Source of the DNA: a virus
Taxonomy: Duplodnaviria > Caudoviricetes
DNA: 63,478 bases
Direction: 5' to 3' (one strand)
Virus record (IMG/VR): IMGVR_UViG_3300009596_000001
Location: 1 to 63,478 of that record
Shown here: positions 7,992 through 17,597 of the stretch, piece after piece
Layout: each line of letters opens with the position of its first letter
How positions within the stretch are numbered: the stretch's first letter is position 1
Made by a program: the position numbers and the translations under genes
The notes under the pieces: model-generated
What the model saw: only the letters and a program-made list of their open reading frames with translations
Database searches by the model: none
Told to the model about the DNA's origin: nothing

Positions 7992-10683
7992 CTTCCTCAC
8001 CTCCTTCCTGCTCAAAGTCTAATTCAGTTTGAACGGCAATTGTTGTCGGTAATAAGTCTTTTTGTGCAGCCTGAAGGTCAAAAACGGCAGCACGAATAGG
8101 TTTACCAGTCTTTGTTTTGGTAACCACCGAAACATCCACAATTGCAGGGTGACCGTGATTTTTGACAGATGTCAGCGTTGTGTTGATTTCGTGCGGTTTC
8201 TGTTGTAAGAAATTGTCAGTTTTATATTTCACACGAAGTTTGTCCAAAAAAGATTTGATGTTTATCCACAAGAAGCCACGATACTGTCCCTTCGCATAGA
8301 AACCCCAATCTTCCCCTTCTTCCAACAATTCTTCCTTTTCGTCAGCCCACAGCGACAGTATTCTCGCTACCGGGTCGTGCAACGGCAAAGCAATGCCTCT
8401 AACGAAAAAATAATGCGCTATATCACCTGCCTCGGGAACGATAACCCCGATGCTTTTTGCAAATTCTTGGAACAAAATCCAGCCAAATGTGATTACAGTA
8501 AAGTTGTTCTTTTGGCGGGCGGAAAACTCAGGACCCGCCTGCCTTTCCACAATAGATAACGCCCTTTCCCACCATTCTTGCCACCTGTCTTCATTTGCCA
8601 ACAAAAATTCAACAAAACATCGTCTGTATTGCGCATGTAAATCTCGTCGCAAATGAACTTCCTTGAATGTGTCTATGTAAACCTTGTCTAATTTCTCCGT
8701 TTTGTGCTTGAAAGTAACAAGAAACACACGGTCAGTCAATGCTGCGTCTTTTGTAATGAAGTTGGAACTTTCTCCAATCGCACATAGTGGAGTATAGGAG
8801 TAAAATGGTAATTCAAGGTGGGTTGCTGAACGAGAAACTTGTTGGAACAGCATTTCGTAACAAGAGTGAAGGAACAGTTTCGCTTCACGAATGTCGTCCC
8901 CCCACCGTTCTGGAGTGAACTCATCCAGAACAAGTGGAAGGGACGACATGTTTGTATATTTTCGCATCGTAGATGCGGTCTGCCTTGAAGGCAAGTGCGG
9001 CGTCGGAGCAAAAATGTTTTGCAAAAGTTCTACAACAATAGATGTTTTGCCTGTGCCCGCTATACCGCTGACAAACAAAACAGGAAATCGGTAACTGTTC
9101 ACAAGCCTTACAAATGGAGACAGCACGGATGCATGAAACCACGCCAAAACCCCATACAAACTTTCGTCTGGATAGATGTGTAAAAGTTTTGAAACGAAAT
9201 CCCGTAATGCTTCTACATCAACAGCAACATCCAATTTAACGGAACTGTAGATGGATTGTCGGAAAATGTCTATGAATTTTCCGTCCCCGGGCAACGTTAT
9301 ATCCGGGGCAACAAACACAGTTCTATCTGCCGCCCACTCCGACAATGCTGTTGTCTCTATGTTGTAGCGCTTGTTGTCAAGATAAAGCCCGACACGGGTG
9401 AAGGTCGCTTTTGTGGGAACGAAAAGCAAAGTTATTGCATCAACGAACCTGCCGAGGATTGTGTTGACCTTCGGAGTTCCTAACAAAGTAGGGGATAGTG
9501 GATGCTTAGGATACGGAAGTGCCGACATCAAGTTTGCACGCTTCGTTATTACTTGCGAATAAGTTCCTTGTGGCGTTCTTTCAGTCGCAAGTATGTATTC
9601 GTCTTTGCCACCCTCGGGGTTGGGTAATGATATGAAAATTTGAGGTAACCACAAAAATTGTGTTATTCGTAAACATGTTAGAGGTTCGTCTTCTTTTTTA
9701 ACGAAAGCAAAATACAAACTCTCTCTCGTTGGGATTAAACCGCAATCCACTTCTCCAGCGTTTGTGTAGGTCTTCGCATACACTATGTCATTCCACAAAT
9801 TTCCATTAGCAACCAAAACCTCGGTTACATCTTTTTGTCTCCACAGTAAGTGCGTCACCACTCTATCTTCACGGCTGTTCAGTAACTCTCTGATGTAGTA
9901 TGTAGTTTTATGGATGACTTCTTCTTCATTATCAAGAGCAATGACAACCCATCGTGGTAGCAATTCTAAATCTTTCTTTTTCCAGCCCATTTCGCCCTTC
10001 GTTGTAGAAACTGCGGGAATTCCCACCGACCACAACGCCAACGCATCTAATTCCCCGCCTGCCATCCACACGAATTCCTCTGCTTGCCAGTCTAAAATGG
10101 CTGGGCTGGGATATAACTCAGGACGAGGGATATTAGGGTCTACAAGCGGATGCATGTTTGTCATCCACCGATACTTTTCTTTATTCTTTGCGGAAGAAAA
10201 AACTAATTTGTCATTAAGCCTACTAAGTAACCTGAGTTTCGCATTAACTGCCTTCCCCGCATCATCAAAGACGGGGATAACAAGGAACTCATCATTTTTG
10301 TATTGCCAATATCCCAATTTCGCTTTTCTTATAATAGCATCAGAAATTCTACGATAATGCTTCAAATAATCCAGCAAAGCAGGTTGCTTTAACAAACATG
10401 TGTGAAGATAATCTATGAATTCATCAAAACTCTTAAATGCGGGGATTTCTTCTTGCATCACGCTTAATCCCAATTTCCTTGCCAACCCCATCAGGGTCGC
10501 TTTTTCGCCTGACGGACGGCAAGCGAAACAGAACCACACACCCGTTTCAATATTGAGGAAGAATGAGGGGTGCTCGTCGTCATGGAAGGGACAATGACCC
10601 CTCAATTCATTTTCGTTGAATTGTTTCAAATTGCAGCCCCTCGCTTCTAACTCCTCAATTACTTTGCTTAGTAGTTCCTTCAT
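7966..10683 (-). CDS. Primase-helicase (CHC2 zinc finger, TOPRIM, P-loop helicase)
   Basis: CPFHDD.HPS...WFCFAC; GGELDALA and IALDNE TOPRIM motifs; GIAGTGKT Walker A and LVLDE Walker B. Confidence 0.9.
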   Translation of the reverse strand: MKELLSKVIEELEARGCNLKQFNENELRGHCPFHDDEHPSFFLNIETGVWFCFACRPSGEKATLMGLARKLGLSVMQEEIPAFKSFDEFIDYLHTCLLKQPALLDYLKHYRRISDAIIRKAKLGYWQYKNDEFLVIPVFDDAGKAVNAKLRLLSRLNDKLVFSSAKNKEKYRWMTNMHPLVDPNIPRPELYPSPAILDWQAEEFVWMAGGELDALALWSVGIPAVSTTKGEMGWKKKDLELLPRWVVIALDNEEEVIHKTTYYIRELLNSREDRVVTHLLWRQKDVTEVLVANGNLWNDIVYAKTYTNAGEVDCGLIPTRESLYFAFVKKEDEPLTCLRITQFLWLPQIFISLPNPEGGKDEYILATERTPQGTYSQVITKRANLMSALPYPKHPLSPTLLGTPKVNTILGRFVDAITLLFVPTKATFTRVGLYLDNKRYNIETTALSEWAADRTVFVAPDITLPGDGKFIDIFRQSIYSSVKLDVAVDVEALRDFVSKLLHIYPDESLYGVLAWFHASVLSPFVRLVNSYRFPVLFVSGIAGTGKTSIVVELLQNIFAPTPHLPSRQTASTMRKYTNMSSLPLVLDEFTPERWGDDIREAKLFLHSCYEMLFQQVSRSATHLELPFYSYTPLCAIGESSNFITKDAALTDRVFLVTFKHKTEKLDKVYIDTFKEVHLRRDLHAQYRRCFVEFLLANEDRWQEWWERALSIVERQAGPEFSARQKNNFTVITFGWILFQEFAKSIGVIVPEAGDIAHYFFVRGIALPLHDPVARILSLWADEKEELLEEGEDWGFYAKGQYRGFLWINIKSFLDKLRVKYKTDNFLQQKPHEINTTLTSVKNHGHPAIVDVSVVTKTKTGKPIRAAVFDLQAAQKDLLPTTIAVQTELDFEQEGGEEDASVINLF

Positions 10684-10854
10684 CTTAATCTCTCCCCTCT
10701 GGACTTCGGACTTTGGGCTTCATCGTTTCTCTCTTACCCTCGTTAGGACAATTTTAAACCCTCAAGGACTTCCAAAACCCTATCAGTTTTGACCTATTTG
10801 CCCTCATTTTTGGCGATTTTGGGACTTGGGTCTGACGATGACGACAACGGTCAT

Positions 10855-11185
10855 TCTAAGTTACATCCAAGTTACTGATTTTGAAACCAAACCCGTAACT
10901 CAAAATCGCCCATTTTTCCAGCAAAATCCAGAATTTTGAGGCAAGTTACAAAGTTACAAGGAAGGAAGGTAGAAGGAGGGATAGATAGGAAGGAAGGAAG
11001 GAAGGAAGGAAGCAAGGATATAAGGAAGAAGAAGGAAGTAACTTTGTAACTTAGTTCAAAAAAGCCCAACGCCGCTTGGATTTTTTCGGTTACATTTCGG
11101 TTACAAGACCTGTAACCCATTGAAACTTTGTAGTCAGGGCTTGTAACCTTGCTACTATCAGGGCTTGTAACCTTGCTACTCAATA
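10855..11185. other. Putative replication origin
   Basis: Non-coding region upstream of the primase with many GTTAC/GTAAC iterons, a perfect 15-bp inverted repeat (10943-10957 / 11038-11052) around a purine tract with (GGAA)6, and a 23-bp direct repeat (11134-11156, 11158-11180). Confidence 0.55.
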
Positions 11186-11263
11186 GGATGAACCCTTTGT
11201 TGTCAAGACAATCTGACGATTTAACAGTCAACCTTGAACGACTGTTTTCGGGCTTGTCAGCCC

Positions 11264-11348
11264 ATAAAGAAAACCCGCCACCAACAACGGTGGCGGGTCT
11301 AATTGTTGACGGAGGCGAGAAAATGCTGAGCCGCTAACACCGTGACAC
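11264..11348 (-). ncRNA. Putative small RNA 1 (about 85 nt) containing anti-AUG and anti-SD sequence
   Basis: Lies between a TTGCAA-17-TATAAT promoter and a 10-bp-stem U-tract terminator; contains CAGCAUUUUCUCGCCUCC. Confidence 0.6.
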
Positions 11349-11353
11349 TCATA

Positions 11354-11382
11354 ATTATAACGCACCCCTGTTCTACTTGCAA
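11354..11382 (-). promoter_or_regulatory. Sigma70-type promoter for sRNA 1
   Basis: TTGCAA-N17-TATAAT. Confidence 0.75.
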
Positions 11383-11398
11383 CAGTCTTAGAGTGTCC

Positions 11399-11461
11399 AT
11401 AAGAAGAAACCCGCCGCTGTTGTCAGCGGCGGGGAACGAGCGAGGTGAATTATTATGTTGC
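11399..11461 (-). ncRNA. Putative small RNA 2 (about 60 nt) containing anti-AUG and anti-SD sequence
   Basis: Lies between a TTACGA-17-TATAAT promoter and a CCCGCCGCTG hairpin with U-tract; contains CAUAAUAAUUCACCUC. Confidence 0.6.
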
Positions 11462-11466
11462 CGCTA

Positions 11467-11495
11467 ATTATAACACACTCTTGCTCTACTCGTAA
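11467..11495 (-). promoter_or_regulatory. Sigma70-type promoter for sRNA 2 (paralogous to the sRNA 1 promoter)
   Basis: TTACGA-N17-TATAAT, preceded by the same TAAGACTG as the first copy. Confidence 0.65.
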
Positions 11496-11506
11496 CAGTC
11501 TTATGT

Positions 11507-11818
11507 CTACTGTGTTGTTTCTTCAGATATGCCTTCCTCGCCACCTTCCCCGAACAAACTACTTAAGTCAGGTAACCCCGTGAATGGTGTCATAAATTCT
11601 GCTGGGGTGAATAACGGTGACGGTTTTTGTGTCATATCAATTACTTCCCCTAATATAGCCTCCACACTCTCTAATGTCCACCCGTCCGTTTCAACCTCCA
11701 CAGCATTCCCGTTTGCCAATATCAAGACCAACCTATCTTGCTTCTGCCCAATTAAAACGACAGCGTCACCGTTAACCAATAACGGTTTCTTGTTCACTTT
11801 GGCTTTTATCCATGCCAT
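11507..11818 (-). CDS. Hypothetical protein
   Basis: GGAGG RBS; 103-aa ORF in the operon. Confidence 0.7.
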   Translation of the reverse strand: MAWIKAKVNKKPLLVNGDAVVLIGQKQDRLVLILANGNAVEVETDGWTLESVEAILGEVIDMTQKPSPLFTPAEFMTPFTGLPDLSSLFGEGGEEGISEETTQ

Positions 11819-12386
11819 CTTTGTTCGCCTCCTCTACCAGGTGTCTAAAGAGTTTTTCATCGTCTTCTATCTTACATAATTGTAACGCAGCCCTAAACTT
11901 TCGGGTAAGGTTTGTCCAAATACCTGACTGTCCTTTATGACACGCAGCGGGGTCAACAAAATAAGCATACAGGACAGCAAGTGCTGACCATGCATCACCC
12001 TTCAATTTTACATGGGGTTCTACTATGATTTCGTAGTTTTCAATTGCTGCTTTTAATCTCGCTCTTACATCTTTGTCCTTTGCCCGTGTTGTGTGTAGTA
12101 ACACGGATTTCACATCTGGTCTTGTCAGGCAGAACATTTCTTCTACGACTGTCCACACAATTCCAACTTGTGCCGCTAACTGCAAGATTGTTGTCGGTGA
12201 CTTTCCAAATGGAACGGGAACTTCGCAGACGACAACTGCATTTTGCAATTTCCGTAAAGCAAAGTAATACAAGTCACTGAAGTTTTCAACAGTCACGACA
12301 TCGGCTTCAACAATTGCTCCGTTCTGATAGACGACATAACCTACTCTTTTAAGTCCCAAGTCAAGTCCGACCATTCTTACTTGCAT
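11772..12386 (-). CDS. RuvC-like Holliday junction resolvase
   Basis: VGLDLG...GY, VVCE, VKSVL..TRAKDKDV, DAWSALAV. Confidence 0.8.
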   Translation of the reverse strand: MQVRMVGLDLGLKRVGYVVYQNGAIVEADVVTVENFSDLYYFALRKLQNAVVVCEVPVPFGKSPTTILQLAAQVGIVWTVVEEMFCLTRPDVKSVLLHTTRAKDKDVRARLKAAIENYEIIVEPHVKLKGDAWSALAVLYAYFVDPAACHKGQSGIWTNLTRKFRAALQLCKIEDDEKLFRHLVEEANKDGMDKSQSEQETVIG

Positions 12387-12388
12387 TT

Positions 12389-13258
12389 TTATCGCCTCCT
12401 TGTGACTTCGTATTGTTTACCTTCATAGTTTGCGAATAAAACCCCGTCTTTATTGATAAATATTACTGGCGTCACACGAAATGAATTGTCGGGGAATAAA
12501 TCTATGACTGCAAATCCTTGTGCAAATATTCTTGCGTTGTCGTAATGAGGTCTTGGTAAACACAGGCACGGAATAACCCACGCACCCCTTATCGTGCCTG
12601 TGTAATCCATTTGTAAATACTGACTGAAGTGGTGATAGTGGAAGCAAAGTATGTTACGCAGGGTTCGCAAGAAGATACATCTTGCGGTGTTGACCACACT
12701 ACCTGACAACCCCATCCTTGCCCCATGCTGAATTATCAAATCCCCCGCATAAACGGTCGGTGCTGTATCGTTACCGACCGCTTGCGGGTATTCTTGATAC
12801 TCAAGGAATACCCAGTCATCCAGACCCAAAACTTTTTGTAACTCCAATTCAGGTAACGCAGCCAGTTCGGGTGCCCGAGTGTAAAGATATGTTTTCATGC
12901 GTAATTCGTGATTGCCGCACATAAAAATTTTGACTGCTTTAGGGAAACTTCTACGAATTTGCTGTAGCAACTCTTTTGCTTGCCGTATTTCTTCAGCAAG
13001 CAAAAGTCGTCGCTGCGGTGTTCGCACGAAGCGGGAAATTGCGTAGAAGTCAACAAAATCGCCGCCTGAAATAACAACATCTGGCTTAATGGTGCGGGAA
13101 ATTTGCAGCATAAGCGAGATTGCGTCGTCGTCTTGGAAGGGAACGTGGACATCGCCGAAAGCCACAACTTTTATCGGCTTTTCGGCTTTAATTACGACAG
13201 AAGTTTTCTCTGTCATGTAATCAATCGTTAGGGACTTGACTGTCATCTTAGCCATCAT
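12389..13258 (-). CDS. Calcineurin-like metallophosphoesterase
   Basis: GDVHVP, GGDFVD, GNHE, QHG, FHYHH motifs. Confidence 0.9.
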   Translation of the reverse strand: MMAKMTVKSLTIDYMTEKTSVVIKAEKPIKVVAFGDVHVPFQDDDAISLMLQISRTIKPDVVISGGDFVDFYAISRFVRTPQRRLLLAEEIRQAKELLQQIRRSFPKAVKIFMCGNHELRMKTYLYTRAPELAALPELELQKVLGLDDWVFLEYQEYPQAVGNDTAPTVYAGDLIIQHGARMGLSGSVVNTARCIFLRTLRNILCFHYHHFSQYLQMDYTGTIRGAWVIPCLCLPRPHYDNARIFAQGFAVIDLFPDNSFRVTPVIFINKDGVLFANYEGKQYEVTRRR

Positions 13259-13462
13259 TCATCACCGTTAGAGTTTTACCCTGAAGGGTCGGACTTTAAA
13301 CTTTTCAGGGTAATGAAAAACCCGTCAGTTTTGGGCTTTTTACTGGAAAAATCAGCGATTTTGTGTGACTTAAGTAAAATTGCCCTCAAATTGGCTCAGG
13401 TTGGACTTTTAGAGGACAAGGATAGTTTGTTGAGGTTTTCGGAAGGCTTGACAGGATAGGGC

Positions 13463-13969
13463 TTAGATTAGACTGTCGTTGAGGGACATTAGCACGAGGA
13501 TTGATGTAATTTGATGTATTAATTCATCAACATTAAAATACTCAAAATGATGATAAATAGAAGAGTGCGGTGAACTATAACGGAGGATATAAGTTGGGGG
13601 CACTCTATCAAAAAACCTGAATTGAATAATCATCCTATCACCTTCTCTTTCCCTATTAATGTGAATAGTTCCCCAGCCATCGCCGCTAACTCTCGCTTTA
13701 ATCCTCAACATAGTCACCATGAACGATACACATCTTTCCACCATATCATACACAGCAACACACACCGAGTTTACCGATACCTGCCAATCAAAAACTATTT
13801 GCGGGTTGCGGCATTTTATTTCTACAAGGAGCACTTCATCTGTCAGTTTTTCTATCGTGTAATTAAGTTCTAAATGCGGAAAGTATTTCTTTAGTGCCTT
13901 GACTGTTGCGTCCATAATTTCCTTTACTTTCATTGTGGTATTTAGAATAGTAGTGTGTTTATTTTTCAT
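13463..13969 (-). CDS. Hypothetical protein; possible highly diverged member of the paralog array
   Basis: 168 aa from MKNKH with GGAGGTG RBS and ATGA coupling; similar size and hydrophobic C-terminal helix, but no CxxC. Confidence 0.7.
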   Translation of the reverse strand: MKNKHTTILNTTMKVKEIMDATVKALKKYFPHLELNYTIEKLTDEVLLVEIKCRNPQIVFDWQVSVNSVCVAVYDMVERCVSFMVTMLRIKARVSGDGWGTIHINREREGDRMIIQFRFFDRVPPTYILRYSSPHSSIYHHFEYFNVDELIHQITSILVLMSLNDSLI

Positions 13970-14520
13970 ACTGAAGCACCTCCTTCTTCTGCGGCTTGAA
14001 TAACATTCATAATACCCCATACGGTTTGAATTAATTTATCAAATGGCACTTTTATTTTTCTTTCGTTGCATACGCCGTCAATTTCTGTGTAGCAAGTTAT
14101 AGTTGCTGTTACTTTTCCCCAACCCTTTACGACATCTTCCGCCAACACCGCATCCCATTCCACCCTTAATGCTTGTTTCCCGCATCGCATATAAAACCCA
14201 TTCACCTCCCATATCTCCACCCAGTGAAACCCTACTTTACTTGCCAGCCTCACCAAGAAATCAGATATGAATTTAATCAAACTATCGTGCAAATCTTCGT
14301 TTATGAATGCGAGCGTATATCCGTCCCGCTCGTGGGGTGAATTATAGTAGTGATACACCACTACCATAATTTCATCACCCCATTCTTTTGTATGGTATAC
14401 ATAATTACCCGTGTTCAGTCCATTCACGCTTTTCACCACCTCCTCCATCCATTCCAAGATAGGACAAATAACACGAACCAAACGCCTAACTTTTGGTGGA
14501 TAAAGTAACAGTTTCATCAT
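13966..14520 (-). CDS. Hypothetical protein; possible diverged member of the paralog array
   Basis: GGAGGTG RBS, coupled; similar length; LHDSLIKF resembles the array SLH...F helix. Confidence 0.7.
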   Translation of the reverse strand: MMKLLLYPPKVRRLVRVICPILEWMEEVVKSVNGLNTGNYVYHTKEWGDEIMVVVYHYYNSPHERDGYTLAFINEDLHDSLIKFISDFLVRLASKVGFHWVEIWEVNGFYMRCGKQALRVEWDAVLAEDVVKGWGKVTATITCYTEIDGVCNERKIKVPFDKLIQTVWGIMNVIQAAEEGGASV

Positions 14521-15047
14521 AAATCACCTCCTATCAATGTGTGCGCATAAAGTATTACAAATATTTCTGCAATTTTGTAGGCAATTTGTCGCAATAATTC
14601 AATATTGTTTTCGTCAATACTGCTATGTCCGGGAATTTTATCAAACACACATAACTGCGTATCGTTGCAATAAAAAACGATATTGTTGCGATTTACTTCT
14701 GCAGCAAAGAGAATGTCATCATTAAATCTAATTAAGATGTAGTGAATTGTGATGTAACAATTTAGCGTGAAGGGCACCGAGAAGCACTGTAATAAGCGCC
14801 TGACAAATGCGGAAAATGGTTTCTCGTAATATTTATTTATACCATGCGGCGTTGGTAAATAATGATAATAAACTTTATTTACTTGCGGCATACTAAACCA
14901 CACATTTTCAACATGCGACTCGGTGTCATGTTCCACCTCAACTATCCGTGCTTGCAACTCATTTACCCCTACTTTCTTTACGATATCATTAAAATACCCA
15001 ATAAACTCAAACGGCAAATTGCACAGTGCACATTTTTTTCGCTTCAT
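14517..15047 (-). CDS. Diverged paralog-array protein (CxxC...H...H)
   Basis: CALC, ESHVENV and PTPH correspond to the conserved array positions. Confidence 0.75.
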   Translation of the reverse strand: MKRKKCALCNLPFEFIGYFNDIVKKVGVNELQARIVEVEHDTESHVENVWFSMPQVNKVYYHYLPTPHGINKYYEKPFSAFVRRLLQCFSVPFTLNCYITIHYILIRFNDDILFAAEVNRNNIVFYCNDTQLCVFDKIPGHSSIDENNIELLRQIAYKIAEIFVILYAHTLIGGDL

Positions 15048-15562
15048 ACTTCGTTCACCTCCTCAATTGTTTTTAGCATTACAAAGAAATTTATCAAAAA
15101 CCCTATCGTTTCTTCAAGTCCCTCCACCCTACAAACTAATCCCCGCTGTGCTTCCACAACATTTAAAGCAATCTTATCGTGAAGAAATTCAAATTGATAA
15201 ATATGTCCAAAATTATCATATACCTTTGGAATACCATCCACAAAAAATGCATTTCGCATTTCAAATATTTCTTTCAACATCCGCCACATCCCACGCATAA
15301 AAGCCCCTACCGATGTATATCCATGAATTGTTCGCAACCACACATACCCATCACGAGAAAACAACGCCACCTCTACCAAGTGTCCTTCATCTATTTCCAT
15401 AAACACCGGAGAAATACATAAATTGCTTTTACCACACCTCCGTAGATGTAAATTTATAAACTTGATTGCCTTCCTTGCTATTTCACATGCTTCACATTCT
15501 TTCAACCCCCACGCTTCCTTTCTTTTTTGTGGTTCCTTCTTGAACACATCACAATACATCAA
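15044..15562 (-). CDS. Paralog-array protein 6
   Basis: P.KRKEAWG..ECEAC, EGHL, RTIH, VEGLEETIGFL. Confidence 0.9.
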   Translation of the reverse strand: MMYCDVFKKEPQKRKEAWGLKECEACEIARKAIKFINLHLRRCGKSNLCISPVFMEIDEGHLVEVALFSRDGYVWLRTIHGYTSVGAFMRGMWRMLKEIFEMRNAFFVDGIPKVYDNFGHIYQFEFLHDKIALNVVEAQRGLVCRVEGLEETIGFLINFFVMLKTIEEVNEV

Positions 15563-16068
15563 AAATTCACCTCCTCAATTGTTTTTAGCATCACCAGAAA
15601 ATTCACTAAAAATTCTATTGTTTCTTCAAATCCTTCTATTCTGTAAACTAATCCTTGCTGTGCCTCAACAATATCCACACCAATCTTATCTGAGTGGAAC
15701 TGAAATTGGTAGATATATCCTTGCGTTAGGTGGTATACTGAGGGAACACCGTCTGCTAAGAATGCGCTTCGTATCCCCACCGCTTCCTTGACTATCCGCC
15801 ACACATCCCGCATAAACGCTACAATTGACTGCCTATGCAGTGTTTCCAGCCACACATACCCATCGCCCACACACAACACCGCCCTTATCAAATGCCCCTC
15901 TATTACACCTACAAATGCTGGGTAGATGTATATGTTTTTCAAGCACTTGTGTAGATACAAATTTACAAATTTTATCGCTCTCCTTGCCATTTCACAATCT
16001 TCACACCCCTTTTCTCCCCACAGTTGCCTTCTCTCCGCAGGTTTTTGTTTAAGCACATCATAGAACAT
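15559..16068 (-). CDS. Paralog-array protein 5
   Basis: P.ERRQLWG..GCEDC, EGHL, ETLH, IEGFEETIEFL. Confidence 0.9.
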   Translation of the reverse strand: MFYDVLKQKPAERRQLWGEKGCEDCEMARRAIKFVNLYLHKCLKNIYIYPAFVGVIEGHLIRAVLCVGDGYVWLETLHRQSIVAFMRDVWRIVKEAVGIRSAFLADGVPSVYHLTQGYIYQFQFHSDKIGVDIVEAQQGLVYRIEGFEETIEFLVNFLVMLKTIEEVNF

Positions 16069-16576
16069 CGGAATTCACCTCCGTTTCGGATATTTCTAAC
16101 ATTGCAAATAAATTTAGTAAAAACTCAATTATTTCTTCTAATCCTTCTATTTTACAAACAAATCCTGAAGGAGAAATCACATTAACACGAAATTCATTAT
16201 CAGAAAATTCTAATCTATATTGCCACCCAAACTCACCATACACAATGGGGATATTACCAACACGTTCATTCACCTTAAACACAAATCTAAGTATTGACCA
16301 TACTCCACCGAAAAAACTTGAAAGTTTGTTGTTTTTATGCAATGACCACATCCACAATCGCTTATCCCCATACACCAACTCAACTCCCACTACATGACAC
16401 TGCACTATTTGTGTTACTGTAGGAACAAAACTTTTATTTCGCCTAAGATACTTGCGTAGATACCAGTTCACATATCCCACAACTCCCCACAACAACTCGC
16501 ATTCATAACAACCCCTCATTCCCAATGCCCCCCTCTTTTCTCCCGGTGTCATTTGTTTTAACTCAAAATACGCCAT
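16058..16576 (-). CDS. Paralog-array protein 4
   Basis: P.EKRGALG..GCYEC, QCHV, WSLH, IEGLEEIIEFL. Confidence 0.9.
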   Translation of the reverse strand: MAYFELKQMTPGEKRGALGMRGCYECELLWGVVGYVNWYLRKYLRRNKSFVPTVTQIVQCHVVGVELVYGDKRLWMWSLHKNNKLSSFFGGVWSILRFVFKVNERVGNIPIVYGEFGWQYRLEFSDNEFRVNVISPSGFVCKIEGLEEIIEFLLNLFAMLEISETEVNSDVL

Positions 16577-17091
16577 TATAATTCACCTCCTTCAATTTGT
16601 CCCAACATTGCAAACACACTCACCAAAAATTCAACTGTTTCACCAACCCCTTTAACAACAAACACATCCCCGCTTGCTGTAAAAACCTTCACACCAAATT
16701 CATTTTCAAAAAATTCAAACCTATATTTCCATCCCCGCTCGTCGTAAACCGCCGGCACATTTACGACAATAAAGGGGATAGAAATTTTGAATATAATTCC
16801 CATAATTCTCCACACACACTTCTCTAAAAATTCTTGTAAATTATCAAATTGATGCGGCGATTTAATTGCTACATATTTTGAGTGTAAAAGCACAGTTACA
16901 GACATTAAGTGCTTGCGATATATCTCCGTCTCCATCGGCACAAGTTTTAACTCTCTCCTGCCACATTTATGCAGACACTTGTTTATTTCCCGTATCACCT
17001 TTTGCAGCATCACACATTTACAACACCACCTCTTGCCCCATACTTCTCTTCTTTTTACAGGTTTCACTTGCGAGAGTTTATTATACATCAC
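16576..17091 (-). CDS. Paralog-array protein 3
   Basis: P.KRREVWG..WCCKC, RKHL, KSPH, VKGVGETVEFL. Confidence 0.9.
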   Translation of the reverse strand: MMYNKLSQVKPVKRREVWGKRWCCKCVMLQKVIREINKCLHKCGRRELKLVPMETEIYRKHLMSVTVLLHSKYVAIKSPHQFDNLQEFLEKCVWRIMGIIFKISIPFIVVNVPAVYDERGWKYRFEFFENEFGVKVFTASGDVFVVKGVGETVEFLVSVFAMLGQIEGGEL

Positions 17092-17596
17092 ATGACACCT
17101 CCTCTTGGCTGTTATAGAGCATGATGGCGAAACTTACTAAAAATTTGATTGTTTCTTCTACCCCTTTTATCTCGCACACTTCCCCTGACGGCAACCTCAC
17201 CCTTAAACCAAATTCTTCGTTTGAAAACTTTAATCTATACCACACAACATTACCCCCACACATAACCTGAATAGAACCTTCATTCAACAATCCAGCCACC
17301 CCAACAACATTTGCCACTAATCCACACACCTCTTTCATAAACCCATGCATCCCCTCAACGTGCAGCGACCACACCCGCAATCTCCCAAAACTAAATTCCA
17401 GTCCTACATCTATGACGTGCCCTTCCCTCTTGTATACCTCTACCGGAACCACACACAAATCCCCAAAACCACACTTCCGCAAATAGAAGTTCATATACCT
17501 AATCACATCAAGCATCAGCATACACACGCTACATTCCTTAATTCCCCAAACCGACTTTCTTTTTTCAGGTTTCACTTTTCTTAGGTTATAATACAT
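17081..17596 (-). CDS. Paralog-array protein 2
   Basis: P.KRKSVWG..ECSVC, EGHV, WSLH, IKGVEETIKFL. Confidence 0.9.
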   Translation of the reverse strand: MYYNLRKVKPEKRKSVWGIKECSVCMLMLDVIRYMNFYLRKCGFGDLCVVPVEVYKREGHVIDVGLEFSFGRLRVWSLHVEGMHGFMKEVCGLVANVVGVAGLLNEGSIQVMCGGNVVWYRLKFSNEEFGLRVRLPSGEVCEIKGVEETIKFLVSFAIMLYNSQEEVSCDV

Positions 17597-17597
17597 T

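Noticed and set aside
10872-11231. 119-aa ORF over the origin-like region
   Set aside because: The translation merely reflects DNA repeats (KVTSPD, PSFL); no RBS
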